Part shown: positions 1 to 9,879 of the stretch, piece by piece
Numbering within the stretch: position 1 is the stretch's first letter
How the letters are laid out: the number at the start of each line of letters is the position of its first letter
Source: Selaginella moellendorffii
Lineage: Eukaryota; Plantae; Lycopodiophyta
DNA length: 64,000 nt
Reading direction: 5' to 3'
Assembly: GCF_000143415.4 (NCBI RefSeq)
Contig: NW_003314377.1
Coordinates: forward strand, 248,001-312,000
Program-made: the position numbers and the translations under genes
The notes under the pieces: model-generated
Told to the model about the DNA's origin: nothing
What the model saw: the letters and a program-made list of their open reading frames with translations, nothing else
Databases searched by the model: none

Positions 1-2
1 TC

Positions 3-644
3 GCCGAAGCCGGAGTTATCTACGTCATGACGCACGACTCCATCGGTCTCGGCGAGGACGGCCCGACTCACCAGCCGATCGAGCACCTGGCCAGCTTCAG
101 AGCAATGCCAAACATCTTCATGTTCCGGCCAGCCGACGGCAACGAGACGGCGGGCTCGTACAAGGTGGCAGTGCTCAGCAGGAAGACCCCCTCGATCCTG
201 GCTCTCTCCAGGCAAAAGCTCCCTCAGCTGGCCGGCTCTTCGATCGACGCAGTTTCCAAGGGCGCCTACATCCTCAGCGACAACTCGTCCGGAAACAAGC
301 CGGACCTCATCTTGATAGGCACCGGCTCCGAGGTGGAGATCGCTGCAAAGGCCGCGGACGTGATCAGAAAGGAAGGCAAGAGCGTGAGGGTGGTCTCGTT
401 CCCGTGCTGGGAGCTGTTCGAGAAGCAAAGTGACGAGTACAAGGAGAGCGTCTTCCCGAGCGAAGTGACTGCCCGAGTGAGCGTGGAGGCCGGGTCGACG
501 TTTGGATGGGGGAAGTACGTTGGAAGCCGGGGTGTGGCGATCGGACTGGACAGGTTTGGAGCGAGCGCTCCGGCAGGAACTCTGTACAAGGAGTTTGGAT
601 TCACAGTTGACAACGTTGTTGCGAAGGCAAAGTCGCTGCTGTGA
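3..644 (+). CDS. TKL: Transketolase, C-terminal part (gene starts upstream of window)
   Basis: Transketolase signature [19 protein letters not shown], plus [15 protein letters not shown] and FGASAP; frame is open back to position 3; stop TGA at 642-644. Confidence 0.97.
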   Translation, partial: AEAGVIYVMTHDSIGLGEDGPTHQPIEHLASFRAMPNIFMFRPADGNETAGSYKVAVLSRKTPSILALSRQKLPQLAGSSIDAVSKGAYILSDNSSGNKPDLILIGTGSEVEIAAKAADVIRKEGKSVRVVSFPCWELFEKQSDEYKESVFPSEVTARVSVEAGSTFGWGKYVGSRGVAIGLDRFGASAPAGTLYKEFGFTVDNVVAKAKSLL

Positions 645-1096
645 TCTCTTCACATCCAATCCAGCAAAGAAGTTCCTTGGCGAAGTTTTTTTTCTTCACG
701 CGAGAGAGGAGGAGCTAATGAATCCGCTGACACTATTCTTATAAGTTTTTTTTTTTTCTTGTTAGATTTTTTTTCTTGCAGTTAAGCATGAAGAAGAACG
801 AAGAAAAAAAAAACCAAGCAAATCGGGAAGAGCGTTTCGAAAAAATTGTGGCCGGTTTTGTTGCTGTAACGTTGCCAGGCTCTCTTTGTTCTATTCTATA
901 TGATTAAACGAAGTAATAAACCACAGACCAAAAGAGGCTATTGGAATAAGACTGGTTTTCGATTCGATTCTTACAGCTCAAAAGGAAGAGGGCGCGTCGC
1001 ACGACGACGATGGATAAGCTTTGATTTCTCAATGGCCGTACGGGCCACAGGCATGGCCGCCACTGGCATTTGTGGACCACAGGGCGGCTGAGAGAG

Positions 1097-1153
1097 AAAC
1101 CCTAGTTGTAGAGCTTTCCTCGCGCAGGCGCGCGCTAGGGCAGCCTAGGGTTT
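1097..1153. promoter_or_regulatory. Two telo-boxes upstream of the NUP1 start codon
   Basis: AAACCCTA at 1097-1104 and TAGGGTTT at 1146-1153, immediately before ATG 1159. Confidence 0.5.
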
Positions 1154-1158
1154 TGGGA

Positions 1159-4100
1159 ATGGCAGGGCCCCTGCAAGGTCCAGCAGCAGGATCGCTGGAT
1201 CGGACTCCCTACGGCACAGGTCGCGGCGCTGCTGCTGGAGGGAAGATCAGGTCGGCGCGGCACCACCAGAATTTCAATCAGGATCATCAGGTCTCCAAGC
1301 CCGGGGGAGTGAGGAGAGGGCCGTATGACAGGCCCGTAGGGCGGAATCCTCCGCAGCCGGCGGCTCGGCGAGGTGCTTGGATTGGATCCAGGATTCTCAG
1401 CGGCGCTTCGTCCTTCTTGTCTTCCCTCTTCCGCCGGGACGGCGACGAGACGCTTGCGCTGCCGGCGCCGCCACCGCCGCAATCTTATCAGGTGAGGAAT
1501 GGGATTTTGGCAGCTGACTGACTGTAGATTTTGATGCTCGTCAGGAGGGTTTAGTGAATCACGATGTGAATTTTGGGGGCTCGGGAGACCAGATTGAGGA
1601 TTTGCTCAAGGACCGGATTTTTACAAGGTATTTGTGGTGTGCTCTGTGTGTTCCTACTGACCTTGGTTTTTACCAGGGAGCAATGTGACCGCTTTATCAA
1701 GGTTTTGCAGTCCAAGCTCCAGCCCACTATTCCTAATGGTCTTGTTGGTGATCGAGATCAGCGCTACCCAGAGGATGAGCTGGAAAGAGAACGGGAGAAT
1801 GAAGGGGAACGAGATCGACTTGCGCAAAGGAACATGGTATGTATAAAGTCCTTGCTACTCATTTTGCTGTTGGTCTCATGATAATACTTTTGGTGGTCTT
1901 TCAGGACCATCATGAAGACAGTGGGTCTTCGCCTGTTGACATCGCCAAGGCTTACATGGATAAGCGTTTGTCACCTGTTCCTGCGTCTGTATTTCCTATT
2001 AGAACTTTGGACTATGAGCGTACACATGAAGAGTACCGAGCTACTACTCCTCGAGTGGCTCCGACACCGCTTTCTCATATCAGAATAGCTACGCCGGGGC
2101 ATACACCATATGTAAGACTGCCCAAACAACGCCCAAACAACGTGCGTGCGACTCCATATCCTGTGGAGGTTCGTGGTTGATTTTCTCTTTGGTGCTTGCA
2201 TTTCTTACAACTTGTTTTCCGCAGAAAAAGAGACGTGTGGACGATGAGCTAGAATACACTGGGCGTCGTACAAAGTTGAAAATGACTCCAGCAAATGGCC
2301 CGCCTGTTTCGCTACTGCCGAGCGCGTCCAACGGAGGCTTCGCTGGTAGTTATTCCGATCGAATGAAAAATCTTCAAAGAAAGAGATGGGAGAAACGGAG
2401 TAAAGAAGATTCTGCAGCGGCCGTGCCAATGCAATCGTCAGAAACAGCCAGGAGAATTCTTGAGACACTCGAAATCTTGACACCGCCGAAGGTCATGTCT
2501 CTAGAGGAAGAACTTGCTGTCGTCAGGGAGAAGCGGCCAAAGGAACTATCACCTTCGATGATGAGCGAGCAGGCACGAAAAACTGAGCTGACTTTGGAAT
2601 GCCCGCTTTCCGACGCTTTACAAGATCATTCTCCCAGCCACCGTGCTACTGAAACTGGAGAGCCATCGTCATCAGCAGCCCCAGTAACAACGTCGGCTGA
2701 GCCAGCTGAAAACGATGCTAAGGGTAAAGCGGTTACGACGTCACCCGAGCTAAGTTCTCGTCCGTGGTCGCCTGTCTCGGCACAAATGACCAAAGGATTT
2801 CGTATGAATGCCGCTATGGAGGTAAGCTTTTGTTGTAAGAAGGGAACTTTGTGCTTACATTTTGTTGCTGTTATCGCAGGAGTCCAATTCTGATGATGAG
2901 GTCCAACCGATAGCAACCCCAGCAGTGTCTACACCCTCCGAAACAAAAACAACACAACTTTTTGCATCTCCAAGCTCTGTAGCTGACAGTAAGCCATCTT
3001 CTCCGCCTTTGGCCACTCTTACTGTACCGGCGGCCGAAAGCAAGAGTATGTTTGCATTTTCTACCGCGCCAGCGGCAGAGAAGAAAGCAACTTTTGAGGT
3101 GCAGAATACTCAGACGTCGTCGCTTTTATTTACAACTTCTCCAGCAACCAGTACGGCTGCAGAAACGAAGTCAACTCAACTATTTGGATTTGCAACTGAC
3201 AGTAAACCAGCATTTGCGCTTGCAGCAACTTCTACTGTTGCAGCGACCGAAGGCAAGGCTACTGTTGCGTTTCCTAGCACAGCAGTGGCAGAGAAGAAGC
3301 TATTCGCTGGGTTCGAGAGTTCTCATTCGACAGCACCTTCATTCACAGCTGCAAGTAAATCGGGTCCTCTATTTATGGCAACGACAGAGACAAAATCAAC
3401 TCAACCATTTGGATCTTCGAATGACAGTGGGACACTGTTTGCATTTGGCGCAGCTTCTACTGCACCGGTGGCTGAGAGCAGAGGTGCCTTTGGATTCTCT
3501 AGCGTTCCAGTGGTGGAGAAGAAATCAGCGTCCGAGTTTCCGACGCAGGAGATTAAATCATTTACCACTCCTTCAGCTGTCAGTAAAGCCGTCGAAACGA
3601 AATCAACTCCGCTTTTCGCATCGTCAAGCTCTGCAACGGACTTTACTCCTTCCACAACCACTCCTGCAATGCCGGCAGCTGAAAGCAAGGCTACTTTCGC
3701 ATTCTCGAGCGCTCCAGTGGCGGAGAACAAAGCGAGCTTCGAGTTTTTGGCCTCTCAGACATCAGAGACAAAGCCGGCTTTTTCATTCATCGCCACTCCA
3801 GCATCAGCTACAGGTAAACCGGCGTTTGCACCCGTCCCGGCAGCTGAAAGCAAGCCGGCCTTTTCATTTACGAACGCGCCACCAGCGGAAAAGAAGGCAG
3901 GCTTTGAGTTTGGAGGCGTAACAGCGCCGGCATCTTTCACCTTTGGTTCCAACACAAACACCAGCCCGAGTATCTTCGGCATAGCTTCCTCAGCACCTTC
4001 TCCCACCACAGGCACGAGCTCTGCCTTGGGAACCGGGGACATGGAACAGGACATGGCCGAAGAGCCCGCGAGTGCTGTCCAGACGTCGCAGCCTGTAGCG

Positions 4101-4634
4101 TTCGGCAACACTCCGGTCCCGGCGGCTCAACCGTTCGTGTTTGGAAGTCCACCAGCACTGCCAACGTTTGGAGCGGCGTCGGCTCCCGACTTTGGTGCTC
4201 AGCAGACATCGGCACCGGCATTTGGAGGCTTTGGATCGCAGCCATTTAGTTCTCAGTCTTCACCTTTCGGAGCTGCGGCTACTTCCGGCAGTGCTACCAC
4301 CCCAGCGTCGGTTCAACCCTTCGTGTTTGGAAGCTCTCCGCCAGCACCAGCGTTTGGAGCGGCGTCAGCGCCTAGCTTTGGTGGTGGCAGTCCGCAAGCC
4401 AACCCGTTTGCGTCGCAGCCGCCGTTTGGTTCTCAGCCTTCGATCTTCGGCGCCCAGCAACCGGGGGCTGGAGCTACCCCGGCCGCTCCGGTGTTTGGAT
4501 CTCAACCAGCAGGGGCGAATCCATTCAGTGGCTTTAGCGGATTTACAGTGGGAGCAGGGAATGCAGATGGCGAGCAGCGGACGAGGAAGCTTTTCAAGGC
4601 GAAGAGGACGGGTGCTTCGAAGAGGGGGAAGTGA
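1159..4634 (+). CDS. NUP1: FG-repeat nuclear basket nucleoporin NUP1/NUP136-like, multi-exon
   Basis: N-terminal GGK..R..PYDRP, SPVDIAKAYM and SSETARRILETLE blocks; long S/T/A-rich FG/FxFG last exon; basic tail RKLFKAKR...KRGK as in plant NUP1; short GT-AG introns (e.g. 1492-1544). Confidence 0.88.
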
Positions 4635-4979
4635 GAGGAAGAGGAACAGGAAATGGTGGTGGTGGCGGTGGCGGTGGCGACGGTGGCAGTGATTCTGGCT
4701 GGAGCTTAACAGGGAAGAAGAGAGGACGCTGGTTTTTCAGGCAGGACTGACTCTTGATCGATCGAGCTAGCGAAGTTCCAGCGAAGAAAACTCTCTCGAT
4801 CGTTCGAGCTAGCGAAAATCCGGAGAGAGAGCTATTTTGCAGAGGTTGTCATGTTGATTGGAAAGTAAGCTATAGTTTTTTTAAATGAGAATGGATGGAT
4901 CCGCTATGATTTTCTTGGCCTTTATTTTTCTGTTAGTTTAGTTACGATGGAAGGAAATTAGGGCTCCTGGTGCTTGGCT

Positions 4980-6563
4980 ATGAGGCGTATTTCCTGGGCG
5001 GGAAGGAACGCGGGTATGGCGCTGTCGATGCAGCAGGACAAGGCCGTCACGGCGATCGCAGCGGCCGCCGCAGCTGGATGTAGCTTGTCCCAGCAGCAGC
5101 CATGGCAGCGGCGAGCTTCGGCCGGATTCGCGAGGCGCCAGGGCGGATTTGATGTCTTGAGGTTTGCTTTTGGGGGCCGTGAGAGGCGGCTTCAGCATGG
5201 CATGCCGCGGCAGTCGGTGCTGTTCTCCAAGCTGCCCTTTGATGAGATTGCCTCGCAGTTTTCTACGCGAGGTAAGAATGTAGCTTGGAATTTTTGGTGA
5301 GGTGTTGCTGATCTCTCTATCTCTTGAAGCGTCCGAAGAGACAACGCATGTTACTTTCGATGAATCGGCTGTTTCCCTCCCACAACCGGCCAAGAAGTTT
5401 TCCACGCACAACTCAGCTTGCAAAAATGGCGAAGAGGTTTGCAAAAAAAAAATTCCTTCTCTATATACTGAAGTCTCAAGCTTGCAGGGGTGCCAGAATG
5501 CTGAAACGGATTCTACCAGCCGGTGAGCTTGTTTACTTTTCGCGTGGCCATTGGTGAAATTCATGGTGTTCTTGCTTTTTAAGGTTGCTTCGACTCGACT
5601 ATGCTGCCGCGATGCATCCCCATCCTGAGAAGGTGCAAAGCTTACTTGCTAATTTTTGTAGATCTTCTAAGCTTTGCTGTTTACAGGCTCAAAGAGGGGG
5701 TGAAGATGCTTTCTTCACTGAAGGCTCCTGGATGGGTGTTGCTGATGGTGTTGGGGGCTGGGCCGGAGAAGGTAAGACAAATCTTTCTTTGAGTCTGTTT
5801 CTTCAAAAGAGTTTTTACTGGTTTTCAGGCATTGATTCGGGGATGTATTCTCGGGAGCTTATGGGACATTGTAAGGCATTGGTTGTAAACAGCAAAGGGA
5901 AACCGGACCCCAAGGACGTGCTTGTCAAAGCCGCCGGCAGTACAAAGGCCCAGGGATCAGCAACGGTCCTTGTGGCTGCATTGTTTGAGCAAGTAAGCTA
6001 GTCGGATTTGATGTTTGAGGCTGAGTCGGGTCATATGTTTCAGACACTGTACGCAGCAAACTTGGGAGACTCGGGGTTCATCATAGTTCGCAATTGGCAA
6101 GTAGTTGCAAGCTCGGAGCCCATGCAGCATAGTTTTAACTTTCCGTTTCAAGTTGGAACCTTTGGTGACCATCCGACGGTTGCAGAGGTACTCTTGCTTC
6201 TTTTCCCTTAAGTTCGCTAATTTTCCGTCTACAGGAATTCAAGATCCCTGTCTGCAAGGGTGACATTATTGTTTTGGGAACTGATGGCCTTTTTGACAAT
6301 CTCTTCAGCGACGACATAATCGAAGTTCTTAAAAAATCTCTTGGGTCCGACCAAGTCAACTTGAAGGTGAACTCTCGCTGTTGAAGAATCTCAAGATTGC
6401 TGATAGTCTCTTCACTTTACAGGCAGCTGCAGCAGACCTTGTAGCTGGGGCGCAGGCCGAGCGTTTGGACAGCCCGTTTGCCAGGGCGGCTGCAAAGGCG
6501 AGAATGAATTGGAGCGGTGGAAAGCTAGATGATACCACGGCAGTTGTGGCGTTTGTGACGTGA
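4980..6563 (+). CDS. PTC7-type (clade K) protein phosphatase 2C with probable organelle transit peptide; 8 exons; only intact copy
   Basis: Spliced frame is continuous: PHPEK, GGEDA, GVADGVGGW, ANLGDSGF, QHSFNFPFQ, GTDGLFDN, GGKLDDTT; seven GT-AG introns of about 50-60 bp. Confidence 0.9.
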
Positions 6564-6757
6564 TATTTGAGTCGCGAAGGGTAAACATTTCAAGCAGTTT
6601 TTGCGGAGGCCAGTGTAAATTGCTCAGGCCGTTAATTTTTGCGGTATTTCCGGTTCTTACGCTAATTGAGGTATGACATCCTTTTGATTTGATTCAAACC
6701 GCTCATTCTTTGTGTCTTTGGTGTCCAGCCTTCATTAGAAACTGGTTTAAATCGCAG

Positions 6758-7507
6758 GTAGCTGCTGCTGAATCTTCCTTTTAGAAATCAAGGTTTTGTT
6801 CCATCAGAAGGTTCACAGACTGGAAGTTCTAACCTCACTGGAGATTGAACACCGGACAGGACAGGTATCTCTTCTGTTTAGAGGGAACTGCTCAGGGTCA
6901 CTTGAGGTGTTAGACATGTAGTTTAGCTGGACGATCACGAGCAAGCTCAAGATACTCAAGCTCTCCGGCAACATGATCTCTGGCTCGTCCTTCTCGGGGG
7001 TACATCGAGCTGCTAGGCCTTTGGCACGATGGGATCTTTTGCGACTGCGTGGCTCTCCAGGAGCTCTTCAACAGTCTCACATCCTCGTCCAGCAGCAAAC
7101 TCCAGAATGTCATGCTCGGCCCTACATCTCTCAGCCATCCAAGTGGGTGTGCGGGCTTGGAAGTGCTCGAACAACGTTTCAGAGGAGCTCGTGTGGGCTG
7201 TATCTTGTCTCTCAGCTTGGGCAGACTCTTTGAGTTTGCTCGGATCTCTCGGAGAACCGGTTGGAGGTTCTGAAGGACTAAGTGGTGGAAACCCTGCTAC
7301 GGTCGGATAGCAACAAAGAGCTCACGGAGAACAGCTTGAAGGACAGCTCCAGGCGAGCTCGTGTGGAGGATCCTTGGATACCGCTCTCGTCCCAGTACCG
7401 TGAGACTCCACCAGAAAGATGGTGAGGAAGGTGGCGACAAGCCAATTGGCTGGAGCCGTGACTTCCTTCTTTGTCTCGAGTATTTGGTCGCGTGTCCCGT
7501 CCACATG
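6758..7507 (+). pseudogene. Degenerate LRR (receptor-like) gene relic; also in copies 2, 3 and 5
   Basis: Copy 1 reads SLEVLDM*FSWTI..KLKILKLSGNMISGS; copies 3 and 5 read VLDMSGNQFSWTI; the composite fits the plant extracellular LRR consensus LxxLDLSxNxxSGxI; many stops and indels. Confidence 0.45.
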
Positions 7508-7656
7508 GTGAGCCACGGAATTGTTTCTTAGTTGCTCAAATCTTAATTCTTTCTGATCTCCAGGTTGGTAATCACCATCACCAACTAAGAGGAATTTTTT
7601 GCATTGAGGCTTTGGAGTTCGGTAGGCGGCGAAGAAAAACTTTCCAGGATCGGAGG

Positions 7657-9108
7657 ATGAAAAGTTACAGCCCGAGCTTGCTGTTCTTCGTGCTCCTCTT
7701 CTCCGCTGCGGCACTGCTACTCGTATGGATTCTCGACGTAAATTCCGACTCCGCGATGATGTCCCGGAGCCGAACTCTGGGATCAAACTTCCGCATCAGC
7801 AACAACACCACAAGCTACAACGGCAGCGACACTTGCAGGAGTAGGAACGAGTACGACGTCTACAGCCGCCGAAGATCGACGAGCTTCGAGCCATCCGAGT
7901 CGCTCCACCGGAAAATCCTAGAGTACGAGGCTTTGCACGGGAGGTGCGCTCCGGGGCCCGAGCAGTGCGCGAACTGTAGTACATGCGGCTACCTCGTCTA
8001 CGTTCCCGCCAGCCAGGGGATCGGAAACAAGATGGTGGCTATAGTAGCAGCGTTTCTCTACGCGCTGCTCACCGACAGGACGATGCTGATCGCGAGGTTG
8101 GAGAATCTGGACACGCTCTTCTGCGAGCCGTTTCCATCCAGCTCCTGGCTGCTGCCGTCGAGCTGGAAGCACCTCGAGTTGGCGCCGTGGGACGCCTCCA
8201 AGTGGATTGGGAGCCTGGCTGGTTCGCCCAACTGCAGCCGCGGCGTCGACGTGAGCTTCCCCGAGGTGGTGGTGGCCTATCTCGATTACAACTACAGGGA
8301 CCAGGACAAGGCCTTCTTCTGCCAAGATCAACAGCAAGCTCTCAACTCCAGCGCGCGGTGGATCGTCCTCTCCTCCGGCCAGTACTTCACTCCGGCGCTC
8401 TACAACGTCCCGGCTTTCAGGAGCAAGCTCGAGGAATGGTTCCCACAGCAGGAGGCCATCTTCCATCTCCTGGTGAGGTACCTGTTGCTTCCCAGTGACT
8501 TCGTGTGGGACAAGGCAGCCAGGTACTACGACGCGTACCTGAACCAGGCCGAGCTTCTAGTCGGGGTCCAGCTGCGAAACCACATCTGGTTCTCGCCACC
8601 CAACCTCGCCGAGGATACGTTCGACTGCCTGGTGCAACAAGGCGCGCTCGCAAACACCACCCAGGAGCGAGCTCCCAGATCGCCGGTGAGGAAGAACAGC
8701 AAGAAGGTGGCGGTGCTGGTGGTGTCGCTCAACTCGCAGTACTCGGAGACGCTCAAGAGCAAGGTGCTGGGATACGATCTAGCGGACGGCTCCTCGGTGT
8801 CCATCCACCAGCCGAGCGTGGAGGGGGTGCAAAACACAGGGAACTTGGATCACGACGCACAGGCGGTGATGGAGATCTACTTGCTGTCGATGAGCGATGT
8901 CCTGGTGACGAGCCCGCCATCCACGTTTGGCTACTCGGCGGCGGGGCTGGCGGGGATGAGGCCCGTGCAGTTCGTGTGCGACCAGAACAAGAGCGTGGTT
9001 TGCTCGGTGAGGGAGACGATGGAGCCGTGCTACCACGTTTATCCGGCTCAGTTCGCGCTGGACAACATTGAAAAGTGCGAATGCGGCGTGGGTTTCAGAC
9101 TAGTCTAA
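7657..9108 (+). CDS. GT37 galactoside 2-alpha-L-fucosyltransferase (xyloglucan/AGP FUT family), 483 aa, intronless CDS; only intact copy
   Basis: Type II membrane anchor; GIGNK..AFLYALLTDR, LFCEPFP..SWLLP, RYYDAYL, VGVQLR, EIYLLS..DVLVTS..STFGY, MEPC.H; likely 5'UTR intron 7508-7563. Confidence 0.93.
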   Translation: MKSYSPSLLFFVLLFSAAALLLVWILDVNSDSAMMSRSRTLGSNFRISNNTTSYNGSDTCRSRNEYDVYSRRRSTSFEPSESLHRKILEYEALHGRCAPGPEQCANCSTCGYLVYVPASQGIGNKMVAIVAAFLYALLTDRTMLIARLENLDTLFCEPFPSSSWLLPSSWKHLELAPWDASKWIGSLAGSPNCSRGVDVSFPEVVVAYLDYNYRDQDKAFFCQDQQQALNSSARWIVLSSGQYFTPALYNVPAFRSKLEEWFPQQEAIFHLLVRYLLLPSDFVWDKAARYYDAYLNQAELLVGVQLRNHIWFSPPNLAEDTFDCLVQQGALANTTQERAPRSPVRKNSKKVAVLVVSLNSQYSETLKSKVLGYDLADGSSVSIHQPSVEGVQNTGNLDHDAQAVMEIYLLSMSDVLVTSPPSTFGYSAAGLAGMRPVQFVCDQNKSVVCSVRETMEPCYHVYPAQFALDNIEKCECGVGFRLV

Positions 9109-9399
9109 AGGACGTTCTTAGAAAGGATGTTGTCTTAGAAAGTTGTTAAAGCTTTAAGATTTTATTTTCTTTCTCGTGATAGATTTCTAAGTTGCTCCTT
9201 GGGTGCATCACGGAAATCTAGCGTCATTTGTAGACTTGCGTGGTCAGGTCATACTCTTGGCCCACGCAAAGAAATCCAGGTAATTTGGTACCAAGAGCTT
9301 ATAGACTTCAAATGGCGAGCTGTCTTTTGTGCAGGACTTTGAAAAACTGCTCGTATAGTGTTCTGGCGTGGAAGCTAACGAGTCTTTTTGACAAATGGC

Positions 9400-9460
9400 A
9401 CGCGCAAAGGACTTGACTGTTTACCAAGCCCGGTGGAGAACTTTTTGTGTGAATATAAAA
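9400..9460 (+). promoter_or_regulatory. Putative promoter of the small peptide gene: CGCG box, W-box, TATA
   Basis: ACGCGC 9400-9405, TTGACT 9413-9418, TATAAAA 9454-9460, about 100 nt before ATG 9558. Confidence 0.5.
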
Positions 9461-9557
9461 CACTGGAGGCCCATTGGATCCAATCGTATCGGAGCAAGCA
9501 CAGCTCTTGGTTCTTATACAACGATATCATCACTACGTTTAGTGCTTTGTGGCTGGA

Positions 9558-9803
9558 ATGGATCGTGGAAGGATGCTTCTTGCCATCGCATTGGTGATCA
9601 TGATCAGCGGCAACATCGAATGTTCCAGGCCGGGCTCGTTTTCGGTGATGAGCCAGCAGGCCGAGCTTTTCAATTCCGAATTGCGCCTTCCTGTTGTTAA
9701 CAAGATCCACAATCTTTTCGAAAGGACCTTCCGGAGAATGCTCATCCAGGGTCAGCCCACGCCATCCTCCGGCCCTTCCTGGTGCTGCCACGACCATCCA
9801 TAG
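9558..9803 (+). CDS. Small secreted peptide precursor, IDA/PIP-like SGPS motif, copy 1 (81 aa)
   Basis: Signal-peptide-like MDRGRMLLAIALVIMISGNIEC|SRP; C-terminal RRMLIQGQPTPSSGPSWCCHDHP; frame conserved in all five copies. Confidence 0.72.
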   Translation: MDRGRMLLAIALVIMISGNIECSRPGSFSVMSQQAELFNSELRLPVVNKIHNLFERTFRRMLIQGQPTPSSGPSWCCHDHP

Positions 9804-9879
9804 CATTTTCCTAAAACGATTTTTCATTTCAATACCACCATTATTTGGCTAATTGAAGGGGCGGACAGCCACGTGGCTG

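Noticed and set aside
3052-4692. Long alternative-frame and antisense ORFs over NUP1, FUT and GLP
   Set aside because: Shadow ORFs of GC-rich or low-complexity coding DNA with no motifs; they recur only because the DNA is duplicated
4655-4820. (GGTGGC)n and duplicated TCGAGCTAGCGAA after NUP1; poly-G near 50392-50407
   Set aside because: Simple repeats with no evidence of function; not CRISPR-like
7471-7656. 62-aa N-terminal extension of FUT
   Set aside because: Non-ATG start that runs through a GT..AG intron (7508-7563); MKSYS precedes the membrane anchor
9375-9827. Minus-strand 150-aa ORF overlapping the peptide gene
   Set aside because: Its frame is broken by a 1-bp indel in copies 3-5, whereas the plus-strand peptide frame is preserved
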